Positions 39,700-52,600 of a stretch of DNA of 64,000 bases are shown here, piece after piece. The stretch comes from Raillietiella orientalis (Eukaryota). Numbering within the stretch: position 1 is the first letter of the stretch; every line of letters begins with the position of its first letter. Under the pieces are notes generated by a model, which did no database searches, was not told where the DNA came from, and was given only the letters and a program-made list of their open reading frames with translations. The stretch is from positions 1,798,001 to 1,862,000 of the forward strand of contig JAYWIR010000021.1 of the NCBI GenBank assembly GCA_036172245.1, in the 5' to 3' direction. A program made the translations under genes and the position numbers.

Positions 39700-40500
39700 A
39701 TGAGCCGCCGCCAGGGGCGCGATGGTTCTTGAAGTGCTCAGAGAACCAAAAAAAAAAAAAAAAAGCTGGAAGGAAAACAGCGAAGACAGAAAAGAATCAA
39801 AAAGGATTTCCATCGTCCGGTTCGCCGTCGCTGTTTCAGCTGAATGCGTTTCCCTCCATCATTCCACGTCTTGAGGGTTTTAGCCGGAAGCGCGTTTGTC
39901 TCGACTGCCTGTCCACTGGGGAAAGGAACGTACCCCTGGCGAGACCGGCAGCTGCATGGCCAGGACCTCGCAAGGGGTCAGAAAGTGCAATGCAAATGCG
40001 ATCTTTTCCCGGCGACACGAAATCTTCAGATTCCACTCGGGCGAGGAAAACCAGATGCACCGAAGGTAGCAGCAAAAATTCGCGACTTGTGCATCCCTTT
40101 AGGGAAAAAAAAGGGAAGGAAAAAAACTTGGACCGAGAAAGGTCTCAACCTCTTTGCTCAGGTGGGGGTGGTTCCTCTTCGAGAGCTCATCAGCTGGCTG
40201 CACAAATTCACGCTTTCTTGGAGAGGCAGCGGGAATTTTTTCTCCAGGACCCACCTAGCGCATCAAGTTGAATTTCCAGATTCTTCTGTTCTCAGCCCGA
40301 CGTCCACATTGCTTGCCGTCGTAGGTGGCTGCAATTTTCGTCTGATATTCCACCATTTCGAATCACCCTTCTGCAACCAGCATAAAAAAGACTTCTAGTC
40401 CTATTCGATGCAAACATTTGCATGGTAGAAATCTTGTAGGTCGGTAGACAGTTGAGGTGACCGACAGTAGCGGTGCGTGAAAAATAGGCCAGAGAGGTGA
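39700..40500 (+). mobile_element. Compressed LINE ORF1 knuckle and endonuclease-start remnant
   Basis: 'FPSII...RVCLDCLSTG', then 'FFLQD'/'RTHL' (LQETH across a frameshift) and 'VVGGCNF' (GDFN-like). Confidence 0.4.
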
Positions 40501-42324
40501 GTGATGGAATTTCCTTGACCGAACTGACGATTTCTGTTCCTTCAGTTCGGTCACTCCATTACGTAAGTGGAAGGAGAGATTTCACAGACAACGCTGTTGT
40601 GAAGCTGTGCTTGTGAATCCTTCCTTCCTTCGTCCTAGTGGCCGTTTTCTTCCTCCGGATTGTTTGCTTGGCATTTTGCAGTAGTGCGTGCTCTTTGAGG
40701 ACCAGCAATTGCACTGCAGCCTGGTTGTCTGCAAGCGATGTTTGCATTATGGGGAGTTGTCAACAAGCGAGTCGTGGAAGCACTTCTTCTTCCTTGAACC
40801 AGTGCCATTGGAGTCCATGACGAAAACGGTTCTGTGGAGACTTGCGCTCCACATCCGAACACCTGAGGCTTCGCCTTGTGAGAGAGTTCTGCTTATCCGG
40901 TTTTGCAGACAGCTACTGCCCCACCTTCCATTAACGAAGTCAAACCAGATGATTTTTTTTTTTATTAATAAGATTTCGTGTTTTCTCTGTCACGCTTTTG
41001 CAGATGATTTCACACAATAGGAACGCTTTCGAACGAGAGGATAGAGATTCCGTCCATGCCACGTCGTTTCCTTTCGTCAGCAGACTCTGGCTGTTGGTCG
41101 AAGAGCGTCCAGCGAAGATGATGAAACGTACTATAAGACCTGTAAGTGTTCAGGTGGATGACATGATGACAAGGTTTTCAGGCGAAAGGTGGCTTTTATT
41201 TTGTTTTATTTTTTATTTCTATTTCTCTACCCTGTAGGAGTCACCGTGAACCATCTCCTTGGTTCCGAGTGGCGGAGGAAAGTAACTAGGAGTCTACCGG
41301 TGATCGTCATTCCCAAACGGTGGGTGATTTCACAGAGACGCACACACCACAGCAGCTACTGAAATGCTCCCACTTCAGGAACGGGAAACTTACTGTTTGG
41401 ATTCAGGGATTCTAGAATCAGGAACGAAAAGTGGATGCAAAAAGGGAGGTACTGAATGGCTAGCGGTTCCACAGCAGGTGAGTCAGTTGGCATCCTCACC
41501 CATTGGAGGCTCCCTTTCCGTCCCTGCTGCTTCATCGAGTGGTATCAAACTGGCAGATGTTGAGGAAAACCTCGATGGTTCCTCGAATGAGAATCAAGAC
41601 ATTCCCTTTCATCTTAAGGTCTGGAACAGATGCGTCTGCCGATAAACCCCAGGAGAGAAAGTGCTTCTGCATCGCTGTGTCTTCAGTCTTCTTTCCTCCC
41701 CTAAGTGAGGTAGGAGTGAAACTCCGGAATCCCATCGCGTCACATAAAGATTCCCTTTGTCGAATTTCTGGCATTCGTGGCCCACAAGCACTCTTCCACG
41801 GGATGGCCGACAACTCAGGGAGCCTCCAGTAGGCACAGAGCCAGCGAAACGCACCAGACCCCGCGTCTTCGATGGATTCTGTTCACTGGTGCACTTCAAC
41901 AGTCCCAATCTGTTCGGAAGAAGACAAACCCCAGCAGTTTGACGATGAAAGCCCCCACTGAATTTGCGCGGAAGCGGAGCCTTTACACCTTCTGAGTTTG
42001 TGACCTGCACGAATAAACGAAAACTCCCTGCTCTTGGGCTCACTCCTAGGCTACTATTATAGAGTGTTCATTATTCAGTAACTACTCTGCGAATCAATCC
42101 ATCCTCCAAATCGGTCTGCACTGCCACGTAGGTGCTAAAATTACTTTGGAAAGCGTCACGGGACTGGAAGTGAAGTGCATTTGGGATGGGTATCACTGTG
42201 TTGGAATCGCATGTTTGTAGATTTGCCAGATGGATCTCTTGGAAAGCAAAATTCTCTAAAAAGTGCAAAGATGGTTTCTCACTGCGCAGCCAAAATGCCC
42301 GGTACCCCCCACGCGAGCCCACTG

Positions 42325-42622
42325 ATACGAATCCAATAACCAGCTGCAGAATCCGTTGGAGCTGAGCGAAGAACACCGAGGACCGTTATTCAATTTCCCA
42401 AAGGTGAGTTTCAAAGTTTCCATTGACGCGGTAGGGAAAAAAGTCCGGCAAAAAACAACGCCCGTCTCCGTGGGTCCTTCACGTAACTTTGAACAGAAGG
42501 GCACTTTTTCGTGAGTGCCAATTGAACATCATTGATGATTTATAATGAGCTCATCTCTATTGCTTCTTCCTCTGTTCTCGATTCGCACCATTTCTGTGCG
42601 ACACCACGTTAACCTTATGGAC
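42325..42622 (+). repeat. 298-bp direct duplicate of 56902-57199 spanning an exon end and GTGAGT donor
   Basis: Colinear from ATACGAATCCAATAACCAG to AACCTTATGGAC, with an identical core and scattered substitutions toward the ends. AAG|GTGAGT lies at 42404 and 56981. Confidence 0.95.
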
Positions 42623-43560
42623 GATTGTCTCTCCCAACATCCACTTTCGGTCGAACGAGACCGAAGATCTTGAAGGCGGCAGGTGTTTCTTCGCCGTGTC
42701 TTATAGGAGTGTTGGAAAACACGCATCCTTGAACACGGCAGAGTAAAAGCTTTCCTAAACGGACGAGCCGACGAGTTCGAGAGATGACATTGGGAGCGCG
42801 GGTTTCTTCGTCCCGTGGATTCGGTATTTAAGGAAGGGTCCATTACGAAACGTCTTATGGCTTGGCATTTACTGGAAGGCATGATCGTGTTGAAGGTAAG
42901 TTCGTTCGTTTCGAGTGGGATGCCGTGGACCGAGTCGCGTTCGAGACGTGCGCTGATGACGTTCGGGCGTTGCGATTCCTGCGTCACGGATTCGGGACTG
43001 CAGCAGCAGCTCGGGCTGCAGGTGCTCAGAAGTACCTGCGGCTGCTTGGTGCTGTCGCTGGCGGTCGCTCTGGCGAGGAGGCTCTTGGGGATCGATTCCT
43101 TCTGAAGATGCGGTCGGATTGCGAGTTGTACGGTCGGCTGCCAAGGCGAGGAACGCGGCGCTCCGATACGACAGGGCCGTCCATTCGCTTCGCTTTGAAA
43201 CCTCCTGAAAGAGCTGTCGCTTTCCGGAGGGCGTCACTTCTTCGGCGCTCCTACCTGCCGCACAGGGACGCAGGGCCTGTGGACCTCAGAGAAACGGAAA
43301 CGTGGACGGACGGTCAGTGTGATTTCGACATCAATGCTGCCCTGGTGGAAAAGGCGCCGCCGAAGAGGCAACCGTCGCGCGATTGGGAACCTTTTTGGAG
43401 AACGCAAGGCAGTCCCTATTCTTCAAGACCAGGAGCAAGCATGCGGAGAGCTCAGGAGAATAGTGTGTATGGAACCGAGTTGAGGTTACGTCGGCCTCAA
43501 ACCGCTTCCATCTTTTGGTCAGGCTGTGTCGACGGTGGTGAAGGCTCAGGCGAAGACTGC
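42623..43560 (-). mobile_element. Decayed LINE ORF1
   Basis: 'VHGIPLE...STGRR...RMRVF...RNTCRL...GC' has the layout of an RRM-like region followed by a zinc knuckle, as in LINE ORF1. Confidence 0.45.
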
Positions 43561-43699
43561 TGAATATGACGACGGTGAAAGTCAATGGCTTCCCTCCTTC
43601 CTCCTCCGCAGTTTCTTGTGATTTGCTCGGCAAGTCCAAAAGTGCAGATGCTGCTGAATGTTGAACACGGAGTGCACGAGGAATTTCAGTGATGCGGTG

Positions 43700-45500
43700 T
43701 CCGAGAATACCTTTCACGGCTCAGGACGCATCTTTGCAGGTCGGTGCGGCTTTCCGATGAAATGCACTCTTGGCTACGATCCTCAAGAAGTTGCTGGGTA
43801 TCTGAACTTGTTAAGCAGTTTATCCTGAGGGATTAAGCGACAGAGCTGCCATCATTACCCGCGCTTCCAACGTGCGTTGATGGTCCGTCCGTCTGTCAGT
43901 TTCCATGGAGAGCGCAGGTGCCTCTTAATCCCCACTCGCAGTTCCTACTGTGCTTGCTCTTGCAAGAGATCCGCTCCTCCAAAGAACCAAGGATATCATT
44001 TCTGGCAGCTACATCTGCCTGCTCGCTCGCACGCTGCATGTATGATGCTTGTTTAGCATCAAAACTGCTGAAAGGGAAATTCTTGCTTTCAATGGCATCG
44101 ACAGAAGCGCACCGAAGTAGAAACTGTACCGCGTCCACTTCGAAAGAAGCGGTCAAAGTCTGCTACAAGTCTGATGCGAGTTTTTGCACCACACATTGCA
44201 ACCACGATTGAACACTCGCGCGCATTTCCTCCGAATATGGAGGTGATCAGTGGTGTTCTCATGCTCGCATCGGTGCATTCGTTACTTAGTGGATCCTTTG
44301 ACACCTTCTCAGATGAAAGTGTGATCCAACCTGGGTTTTGGACACGCTATTTTACATGGAACTGCGTTACCATTCTCGAGAGCGATATCTTTCCTGAAGC
44401 CTCGTACCGAATCTCGCTTGTTGTTCATCATGTGGTGTGTCTTCTGCAAAGCAATTTGCGGCTGCAGCCGTTAACTTTCTTTGTTGAGAAAAACAAAAAG
44501 CAAAAAACAAATGGTAGAGAGCGCTCCAGGAATCGCAAGATGCGTGTGGGTGGGCGACCCAAGGAATTAGGACAACGATCTGCATCATCATCTCCATCAA
44601 AAGCACACACGCCAAGTAAATGGAAGCACTATCCTCAGCTCTCCTACCCCAGTACTTTTCAAAGCAGTTTTCTATTCATCCCTGAATTCCCATTCACTTA
44701 TGTCTCTGATGCTGCATGTGGACGCTTGATGAAGTGCTGCTGCGACTTGAAAAAGGCCTTTAGCAGTCACGAAACTGTTAACTGTTGCTGTTAGGGCAGC
44801 ATTTCCTCCACGCCAGCCGCTGAGCCATCTGTTTCTTGCATTTCGCTGTCCCCATCGGTGCTTCCACTTTCCGTACCAAGGCAATCTTGCTGGAACATTC
44901 GACTTTGCTCACAGCGCGTTCTGCTTGTACTTGGGCCGAGGTTAGCCACCTCGTTTTCGCCAGATGTTCAAGTACGCTATTTGGCTTTTCTTCTCCTTAG
45001 AGGCAAGTTTCAAACTGGTTCTCGGGGGTGCACCAGAGATGCACACGAAGGCTCCTGTTGTCGCCATCGATCTAGGATGCTGCCGCCACGTTCGCTGCTG
45101 GTGCCTTGGCCGGAAGGCACGCCGATGTTTTCCTGGCGGCGCGTCCGTGGGTTCATTTCGCTTCTTCGGATGAGATCCCTCCTGTAGGTTGTGAGTTGGC
45201 CTTCGCGTCGGATTCCTCCGCGAACATAACGGCGCGCGGACTTTCCCAACGGTTATTCGACACGCCTCGTGGAAAAGTCCGGGTCGGATGCTGCTGTCAA
45301 CCACCGCGGGAGAAGCGCGTGCTCCTTGGCCTCAGCCGACCGGCCGCACGACTAACGAGCCAGGAATCGCGATCAGGTACCTGCAGCTGCTCTTATTCGA
45401 TCGATCTGCCGTGGTCACTGTGGTAGTCAGAAACCATCTCTGCTGGGTCCTGCACCTGGGATGGAAACGCAAGAAAGATTATGGCTCAGAAACGTCCGCG
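43700..45500 (-). mobile_element. Decayed LINE ORF2 remnant
   Basis: Minus-strand 'SDH', 'LNIWR', 'RTPLITSIF', 'DILG' and 'WGLRG' fall in EN-RT order across broken frames. Confidence 0.35.
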
Positions 45501-45895
45501 ATCGAAACGGAATTAGCAACAGAGATTAGAATGATCACTCGGATTCTTGCGTTTCCATCCGCTGCGCGAATCTCCGCTCATAAGGGCAAAAGAAGCGACC
45601 ACGAAGGGGAATTCCTGTCTGTCCACTTCGGACTGGCGCAGAACCCGACCGGACGGAGATTCTTTTAGACCACAGCCAAGTTTGGAAAACTCGCGATCTT
45701 CCGGGTTCTTTGCTCCGAAATCGTAAAACCATCCGTGTTCCTGCTTGCTGGACCATCTCGTCAATCCCTGAGCCGAACGAAGGCGCTGCTGGAGACTTCA
45801 GTTGCCCCTTCGATCGCTGACCGTCTCGTGATCCTTCCGTGACGACCTCACGTTCCCGGTCCTGGGATGCACGCACAGCACATGATCGATGGGAA

Positions 45896-46499
45896 CATCG
45901 CCTACTTGCTTGCCGATCGATGGAAGCCACGCCCACGTGCCGTCACCGGAGTTCCGCACCCTGAGCAGTGGAACAGAGGTCTGCGAGGTGGCGAGTTTGC
46001 GGCTCGCCTGCAGTGGACGGCGACGAGAGAGCTTCGACCCGCGCATCGGCATCAGAGCGTCTTCCGGATAAGTTTCCCGGAAGACGCTCCCTCCTAGGAG
46101 TCGCGTTCGCCACGCTCCGATGTGCGGGCTGCGAGGTCCACGCGCAGCATCCTCATGGGGTACCTGACGGCACCTGCTGACACCACCTTTCCCGAAGAGA
46201 AGCTCCAGAAGCACGGCTGCTCGCACCGGCGGCAGCAACGTTGGCTCCGCGAACCGTCGTGGAGCCCGCGCCCCTTTCGTCCGCTTCCGTGGGATGCGCA
46301 CGAGGGGGACGCTCGCCGGAGGGGGTGCCAAATGTCCCACGTAAAGTCGGGACGGTACGTTTCGAGGTGGGGGCCACATTGGGCGCGGAAAGGCTCGCGG
46401 CTGATCTCAGTCCTTTAGGGCAAACATGCTCAACGTAGGGATGCTTTATTACCATTATTATTATTATTTTTTTTCAATCTCGAGATGAGAGCAGTCAGT
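45896..46499 (+). repeat. 604-bp duplicate of 36502-37105, immediately upstream of the giant Tweedle gene
   Basis: Direct sequence identity, with the hairpin at 46055-46089. Confidence 0.95.
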
Positions 46500-46681
46500 G
46501 TTCTCGAAATCTCTGCCTCTTCATTCCTTTCTTGGCTGCTTAAAGAAAGTACCTGAAATTTACGTTGAGCAAAACGAATTATTGCTTTCTAGAAGTTCGT
46601 CATTCGAGGCAGTTGCTATTTAGAACAAAACGATCATCGCTGTATTATAATAGGAAAACTTCCGTTGACTTGGTTAGAAAT

Positions 46682-49600
46682 ATGGCAATTTTCCTTTTCG
46701 CAACAGATTTCTTTCACGTAAAGCGAGTAACCCGTTGAATGCTATGCATGAAATCAAAATGGAGTTACTCGAATGTGGTTGTCGTTTCAGATTCTTCTCC
46801 TGATAATAATCGGCACCTTCCAACATGTGTCTTTATGCATGTGTTTTGAGACTTTCGGTTCCCTACCGAACACAGTGGCGACAAATCAGATAGATCTGTT
46901 CGGAACGGCAGTCAACCAAGGAGACATGTACGGAAACGTAGTAGCCAGCCAAGGAGACATGTACGGAACCGTAGCAGCCAGCCAAGGAGACATGTACGGA
47001 AACGTAGCAGCCACCCAAGGAGACATGTACGGAAACGTAGCAGTCAGCCAAGGAGACATGTACGGAACCGTAGCAGTCAGCCAAGGAGACATGTACGGAA
47101 CAGTAGCTGCTCAGGAAGACATGTATAGATCAGCAGTTAACCAGGAAGATACATATAAAACAGACAATATTGTACAATTTGAAAACATAAACACGGATGC
47201 TTTCCAAGAATACGCATCGGTGGCTCCAGGTATGACCACAGATTTGTGTATTAATTTTAAAGCAATTGTGAAAGAAACTTCTCTAAAACTTCTGTTGAAC
47301 TAGGTGGATTGCTGTTTCCATTTTCAGAGGGAAATGTCCTTGGACAAGTTGGTCCAACTGATGCTTGGTCTAAAAATATCCAATCATCGGATGCGTACAA
47401 CTATTATAGAGATGAACTCCCTCCGATTCTCCAGCCGCCACCTACTGAGAATCTTGGATTCCAGAGATATGAGGAAAAAACGAGCGGTCCTGATTTTCCG
47501 AGGAGCGCCGTTGAAGAAACGGTGCCAGGCCGGGATCCACGGACAAGTTATAGAAACGACGTCAGAACTATCGGAGATGACTCTGGGATCGCGCAAAATC
47601 TCAGAGTAGGAACAGAGTTTATCGACGAGAACGCCATCTTTGCAAACTTTGAGAGCGAAACAAGGTTCGAGATCGACCCCAGCCTCGGTAAAGATCAGGA
47701 GGAAAGAGAAGCAATTCGTGAAAACACCCACTTCCGAGGACACCCACAGCAGAGTCTTCAAGACATAAATGTTGATTTCGTAAGCAATCCTGAGGAATTC
47801 GCGCGTACAATCAGCACAGAACTGGACAGTCCGCAGCAAATCCTCTACGATTTGCGTGATACCAGAACTTCCAGAAAGCAAAACAACTTCATCGAACAGG
47901 TCAACTCTGATAAAGCAAACATACAACATACAACCAACCCTCCCCTGTCAAGACAAAGAGAAGGAAGTAGAATAGACACTATCAATATCCCCGCACGACA
48001 GAACACAGTAAGAAAGCAAACATCACGCACTACCATTTCTGACATAAACGAAAATGCGCAACAAAAGGCAGCAACTGTGAAATACCTTCCAGAACCGAAG
48101 ACAAGAGAAAAGCAACCAGTGGTCGCCATATCTGGCTTCAAAGAAAATGCCAGAGGAAGAACTCAAACTGTGAATCTCCTTCCACGACAACAGTCAAGAG
48201 CACAGCAACCAGTAGTCGCCATTCCAGGCTTGGAAGAAAATGCAAGAGGAAGAACTCAAACTGTGAATCTGGTTCCACAGCAACAGCCAAGAGCACAGCA
48301 GCCAGTGGTGGCCATTTCTGCCGCGGAAGAAAATAGGAGAGGAAGAACTCAAACTGTGAATCTGGTTCCACAGCAACAGCCAAGAGCACAGCAGCCAGTG
48401 GTGGCCATTTCTGCCGCGGAAGAAAATAGGAGAGGAAGAACTCAAACTGTGAATCTCCTTCCACGACAACAGTCAAGAGCACAGCAGCCAGTGGTCACCA
48501 TTCCAGGCTTGGAAGAAAATGCAAGAGGAAGAACTCAAACTGTGAATCTGGTTCCACAGCAACAGCCAAGAGCACAGCAGCCAGTGGTGGCCATTTCTGC
48601 CGCGGAAGAAAATAGGAGAGGAAGAACTCAAACTGTGAATCTGGTTCCACAGCAACAGCCAAGAGCACAGCAGCCAGTGGTGGCCATTTCTGCCGCGGAA
48701 GAAAATAGGAGAGGAAGAACTCAAACTGTGAATCTGGTTCCACAGCAACAGCCAAGAGCACAGCAGCCAGTGGTGGCCATTTCTGCCGCGGAAGAAAATA
48801 GGAGAGGAAGAACTCAAACTGTGAATCTCCTTCCACGACAACAGTCAAGAGCACAGCAGCCAGTGGTCACCATTTCAGGCTTGGAAGAAAATGCAAGAGG
48901 AAGAACTCAAACTGTGAATCTCCTTCCACAGCAACAGACAAGAGTACAGCAGCCAGTGGTAGCAATTTCAGCAGTGGAAAATAATTCAAGAGGAAAGACC
49001 CAAACTGTGAATCTGGTTCCACAGCAACCGCCAAGAGCACAGCAGCCAGTGGTCGCCATTTCTGCCGTAGAAGAAAATAGGAGAGGAAGAACTCAAACTG
49101 TGAATCTGGTTCCACAGCAACAGCCAAGAGCACAGCAGCCAGTGGTGGCCATTTCTGCCGCGGAAGAAAATAGGAGAGGAAGAACTCAAACTGTGAATCT
49201 GGTTCCACAGCAACAGCCAAGAGCACAGCAGCCAGTGGTGGCCATTTCTGCCGCGGAAGAAAATAGGAGAGGAAGAACTCAAACTGTGAATCTCCTTCCA
49301 CGACAACAGTCAAGAGCACAGCAGCCAGTGGTCACCATTCCAGGCTTGGAAGAAAATGCAAGAGGAAGAACTCAAACTGTGAATCTGGTTCCACAGCAAC
49401 AGCCAAGAGCACAGCAGCCAGTGGTGGCCATTTCTGCCGCGGAAGAAAATAGGAGAGGAAGAACTCAAACTGTGAATCTGGTTCCACAGCAACAGCCAAG
49501 AGCACAGCAGCCAGTGGTGGCCATTTCTGCCGCGGAAGAAAATAGGAGAGGAAGAACTCAAACTGTGAATCTGGTTCCACAGCAACAGCCAAGAGCACAG

Positions 49601-52600
49601 CAGCCAGTGGTCATTTCGCCGCGGAAGAAAATAGGAGAGGAAGAACTCAAACTGTGAATCTCCTTCCACGACAACAGTCAAGAGCACAGCAGCCAGTGGT
49701 CACCATTTCAGGCTTGGAAGAAAATGCAAGAGGAAGAACTCAAACTGTGAATCTCCTTCCACGACAACAGGCAAGAGGACAGCAGCCAGTGGTCGCCATT
49801 TCTGCCGTAGAAGAAAATAAGAGAGGAAGAACTCAAACTGTAAACCTGGTTCCACAGCAACAGGCAAGAGGACAGCAGCCAGTGGTCGCCATTTCTGCTG
49901 CGGAAGAAAATAGGAGAGGAAGAACTCAAACTGTGAATCTGGTTCCACAGCAACAGCCAAGAGCACAGCAGCCAGTGGTAGCAATTTCAGCAGTGGAAGA
50001 AAATAGGAGAGGAAGAACTCAAACTGTGAATCTGGTTCCACAGCAACAGGCAAGAGCACAGCAGCCAGTGGTCGCCATTCCTGCCGTAGAAGAAAATAAG
50101 AGAGGAAGAACTCAAACTGTGAATCTGGTTCCACAGCAACAGCCAAGAGCACAGCAGCCAGTGGTGGCCATTTCTGCCGCGGAAGAAAATAGGAGAGGAA
50201 GAACTCAAACTGTGAATCTCCTTCCACGACAACAGGCAAGAGGACAGCAGCCAGTGGTCGCCATTTCTGCCGTAGAAGAAAATAAGAGAGGAAGAACTCA
50301 AACTGTAAACCTGGTTCCACAGCAACAGGCAAGAGGACAGCAGCCAGTGGTAGCAATTTCAGCAGTGGAAAATAATTCAAGAGGAAAGACCCAAACTGTG
50401 AATCTGGTTCCACAGCAACCGCCAAGAGCACAGCAGCCAGTGGTCGCCATTTCTGCCGTAGAAGAAAATAGGAGAGGAAGAACTCAAACTGTGAATCTGG
50501 TTCCACAGCAACAGCCAAGAGCACAGCAGCCAGTGGTCGCCATTTCTGCTGCGAAGAAAATAGGAGAGGAAGAACTCAAACTGTGAATCTGGTTCCACAG
50601 CAACAGCCAAGAGCACAGCAGCCAGTGGTAGCAATTTCAGCAGTGGAAGAAAATAGGAGAGGAAGAACTCAAACTGTGAATCTGGTTCCACAGCAACAGG
50701 CAAGAGCACAGCAGCCAGTGGTCGCCATTCCTGCCGTAGAAGAAAATAAGAGAGGAAGAACTCAAACTGTAAACCTGGTTCCACAGCAACAGGCAAGAGG
50801 ACAGCAGCCAGTGGTCGCCATTTCTGCTGCGGAAGAAAATAGGAGAGGAAGAACTCAAACTGTGAATCTGGTTCCACAGCAACAGCCAAGAGCACAGCAG
50901 CCAGTGGTAGCAATTTCAGCAGTGGAAGAAAATAGGAGAGGAAGAACTCAAACTGTGAATCTGGTTCCACAGCAACAGGCAAGAGCACAGCAGCCAGTGG
51001 TCGCCATTCCTGCCGTAGAAGAAAATAAGAGAGGAAGAACTCAAACTGTAAACCTGGTTCCACAGCAACAGGCAAGAGGACAGCAGCCAGTGGTGGCCAT
51101 TTCTGCTGCGGAAGAAAATAGGAGAGGAAGAACTCAAACTGTGAATCTGGTTCCACAGCAACAGGCAAGAGGACAGCAGCCAGTGGTCGCCATTTCTGCC
51201 GTAGAAGAAAATAGGAGAGGAAGAACTCAAACTGTGAATCTGGTCCCACAACAACGCACAAGAGGACAGCAGCCCGTGGTCGGCATTTCTGCTGTTGATC
51301 AACATGCGATAGGAAAGAATCAAACTGTGAATCTCTTTTCACAGCAACAGGAAAGAGCACAGGAGCCACTGATCGCCTTTTCTGGCTCCAAAGAAAATAC
51401 GTCAGGAAAAACTCAAAGTGTGAATCTGGTTCCACAGCAACAGGCAAGAGGACAGCAGCCAGTGGTCGCCATTTCTGCCGCGGAAGAAAAAACGAGAGTA
51501 AGAACTGAAACTGTGAATCTCTTTTCACAGCAGCATAGAAGAGGACAGGAGCCAGAGATCGCTATTTCTGGCTTGGAAAGAAATGGGATAGAAAGGACTG
51601 CTACTGTGAATTTGCTTCCACAACAGCACACAAGAGGGCAGCAACCAAGGATAGCCATTTCTTCCGTGGAAGATAATGCGAGAGGAAAGCCCCGTACTGT
51701 GAATCTGCTTCCGCAACTGCAAAGAAGAGGACAGGAGCCATTGGTCGCCATTTCGACCGTGGAGGAAAATGAGAGAGGAAATGCTCAAGCTGTGAATCTT
51801 TTTCCGCAACAACAGACAAGAGTACAAGAGCCACGAATCGTCATTTCTGGCGTGGAGGAAAATGCAGGAGAAAAGAAAGCTCTGGGTCTCCTCTCACAAG
51901 AGCAGATGGGGAGACAGGAGCCACTTGTCGCCATTTCTGACTTAGTGCAAAATGCGAGAGCAAATATGGCAACTGCAAATCTTTTGTCGAAAAAGGATAG
52001 GGAAAAGCTGCAAACTCTGTTTGTAGTTTCTTGCTTGGAGCAAAGTGCGAGAGAAAAAACTGCGTCGGTGAATCTCCTCTCACACTTGGAGACTGGTAGA
52101 CAACGGCCACTGATAGCAACTGATGACTTGGATCAAGATGCGAGGAGAAAGATTTTATTTGTGAATCCCCTTTCACAGCAGGATACTAGAATACTGCAAA
52201 CGCCGTCTTCAGTAACTTTCTTGGATCATAATGTAACAGAAAATTCCTTGACTGTGAATCATCTTTCACAACAGGATAAAGGAATACAGCAAACTGCGTC
52301 CGCATTTTCTGGCTTTGAGGGAAATGGAGAAGAAAAGATTGCGGCTGTTAATTTTCTTTTACTACAGGAAGCCGGTAGACAGCAAATACCGTCGGCAGTC
52401 TTGAAGCAAAATGCAAGAGAAAGGATTGCAGCTGTGAATCATCTTTCTCAACAGGATAGTGTAAGACTGCAAGCGCCGTCTGCAATTCTTGGCCTGAATC
52501 AAAATGCAAGAGAGAAGATTGGAACTGTGACGCTCCTCCGACACGAGGCAGGAATACAGCTGTTCCCTACTCAGGTTCCTATCTCTGACAAGAATGAAGA

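Noticed and set aside
44964..45173. 'VVAIDLG' peptide resembling a TnpB/Fanzor RuvC-I or Hsp70 motif
   Set aside because: It sits in a 69-aa ORF with no other RuvC, zinc-finger or ATPase motifs, and the opposite strand is better explained as LINE RT.
46900..47155. 33-bp periodic repeat superficially like a CRISPR array
   Set aside because: There are no unique spacers or cas genes; it is an in-frame coding minisatellite in a eukaryotic exon.
48138..51827. Many minus-strand repetitive ORFs
   Set aside because: They are antisense shadows of the plus-strand 93-bp coding array.
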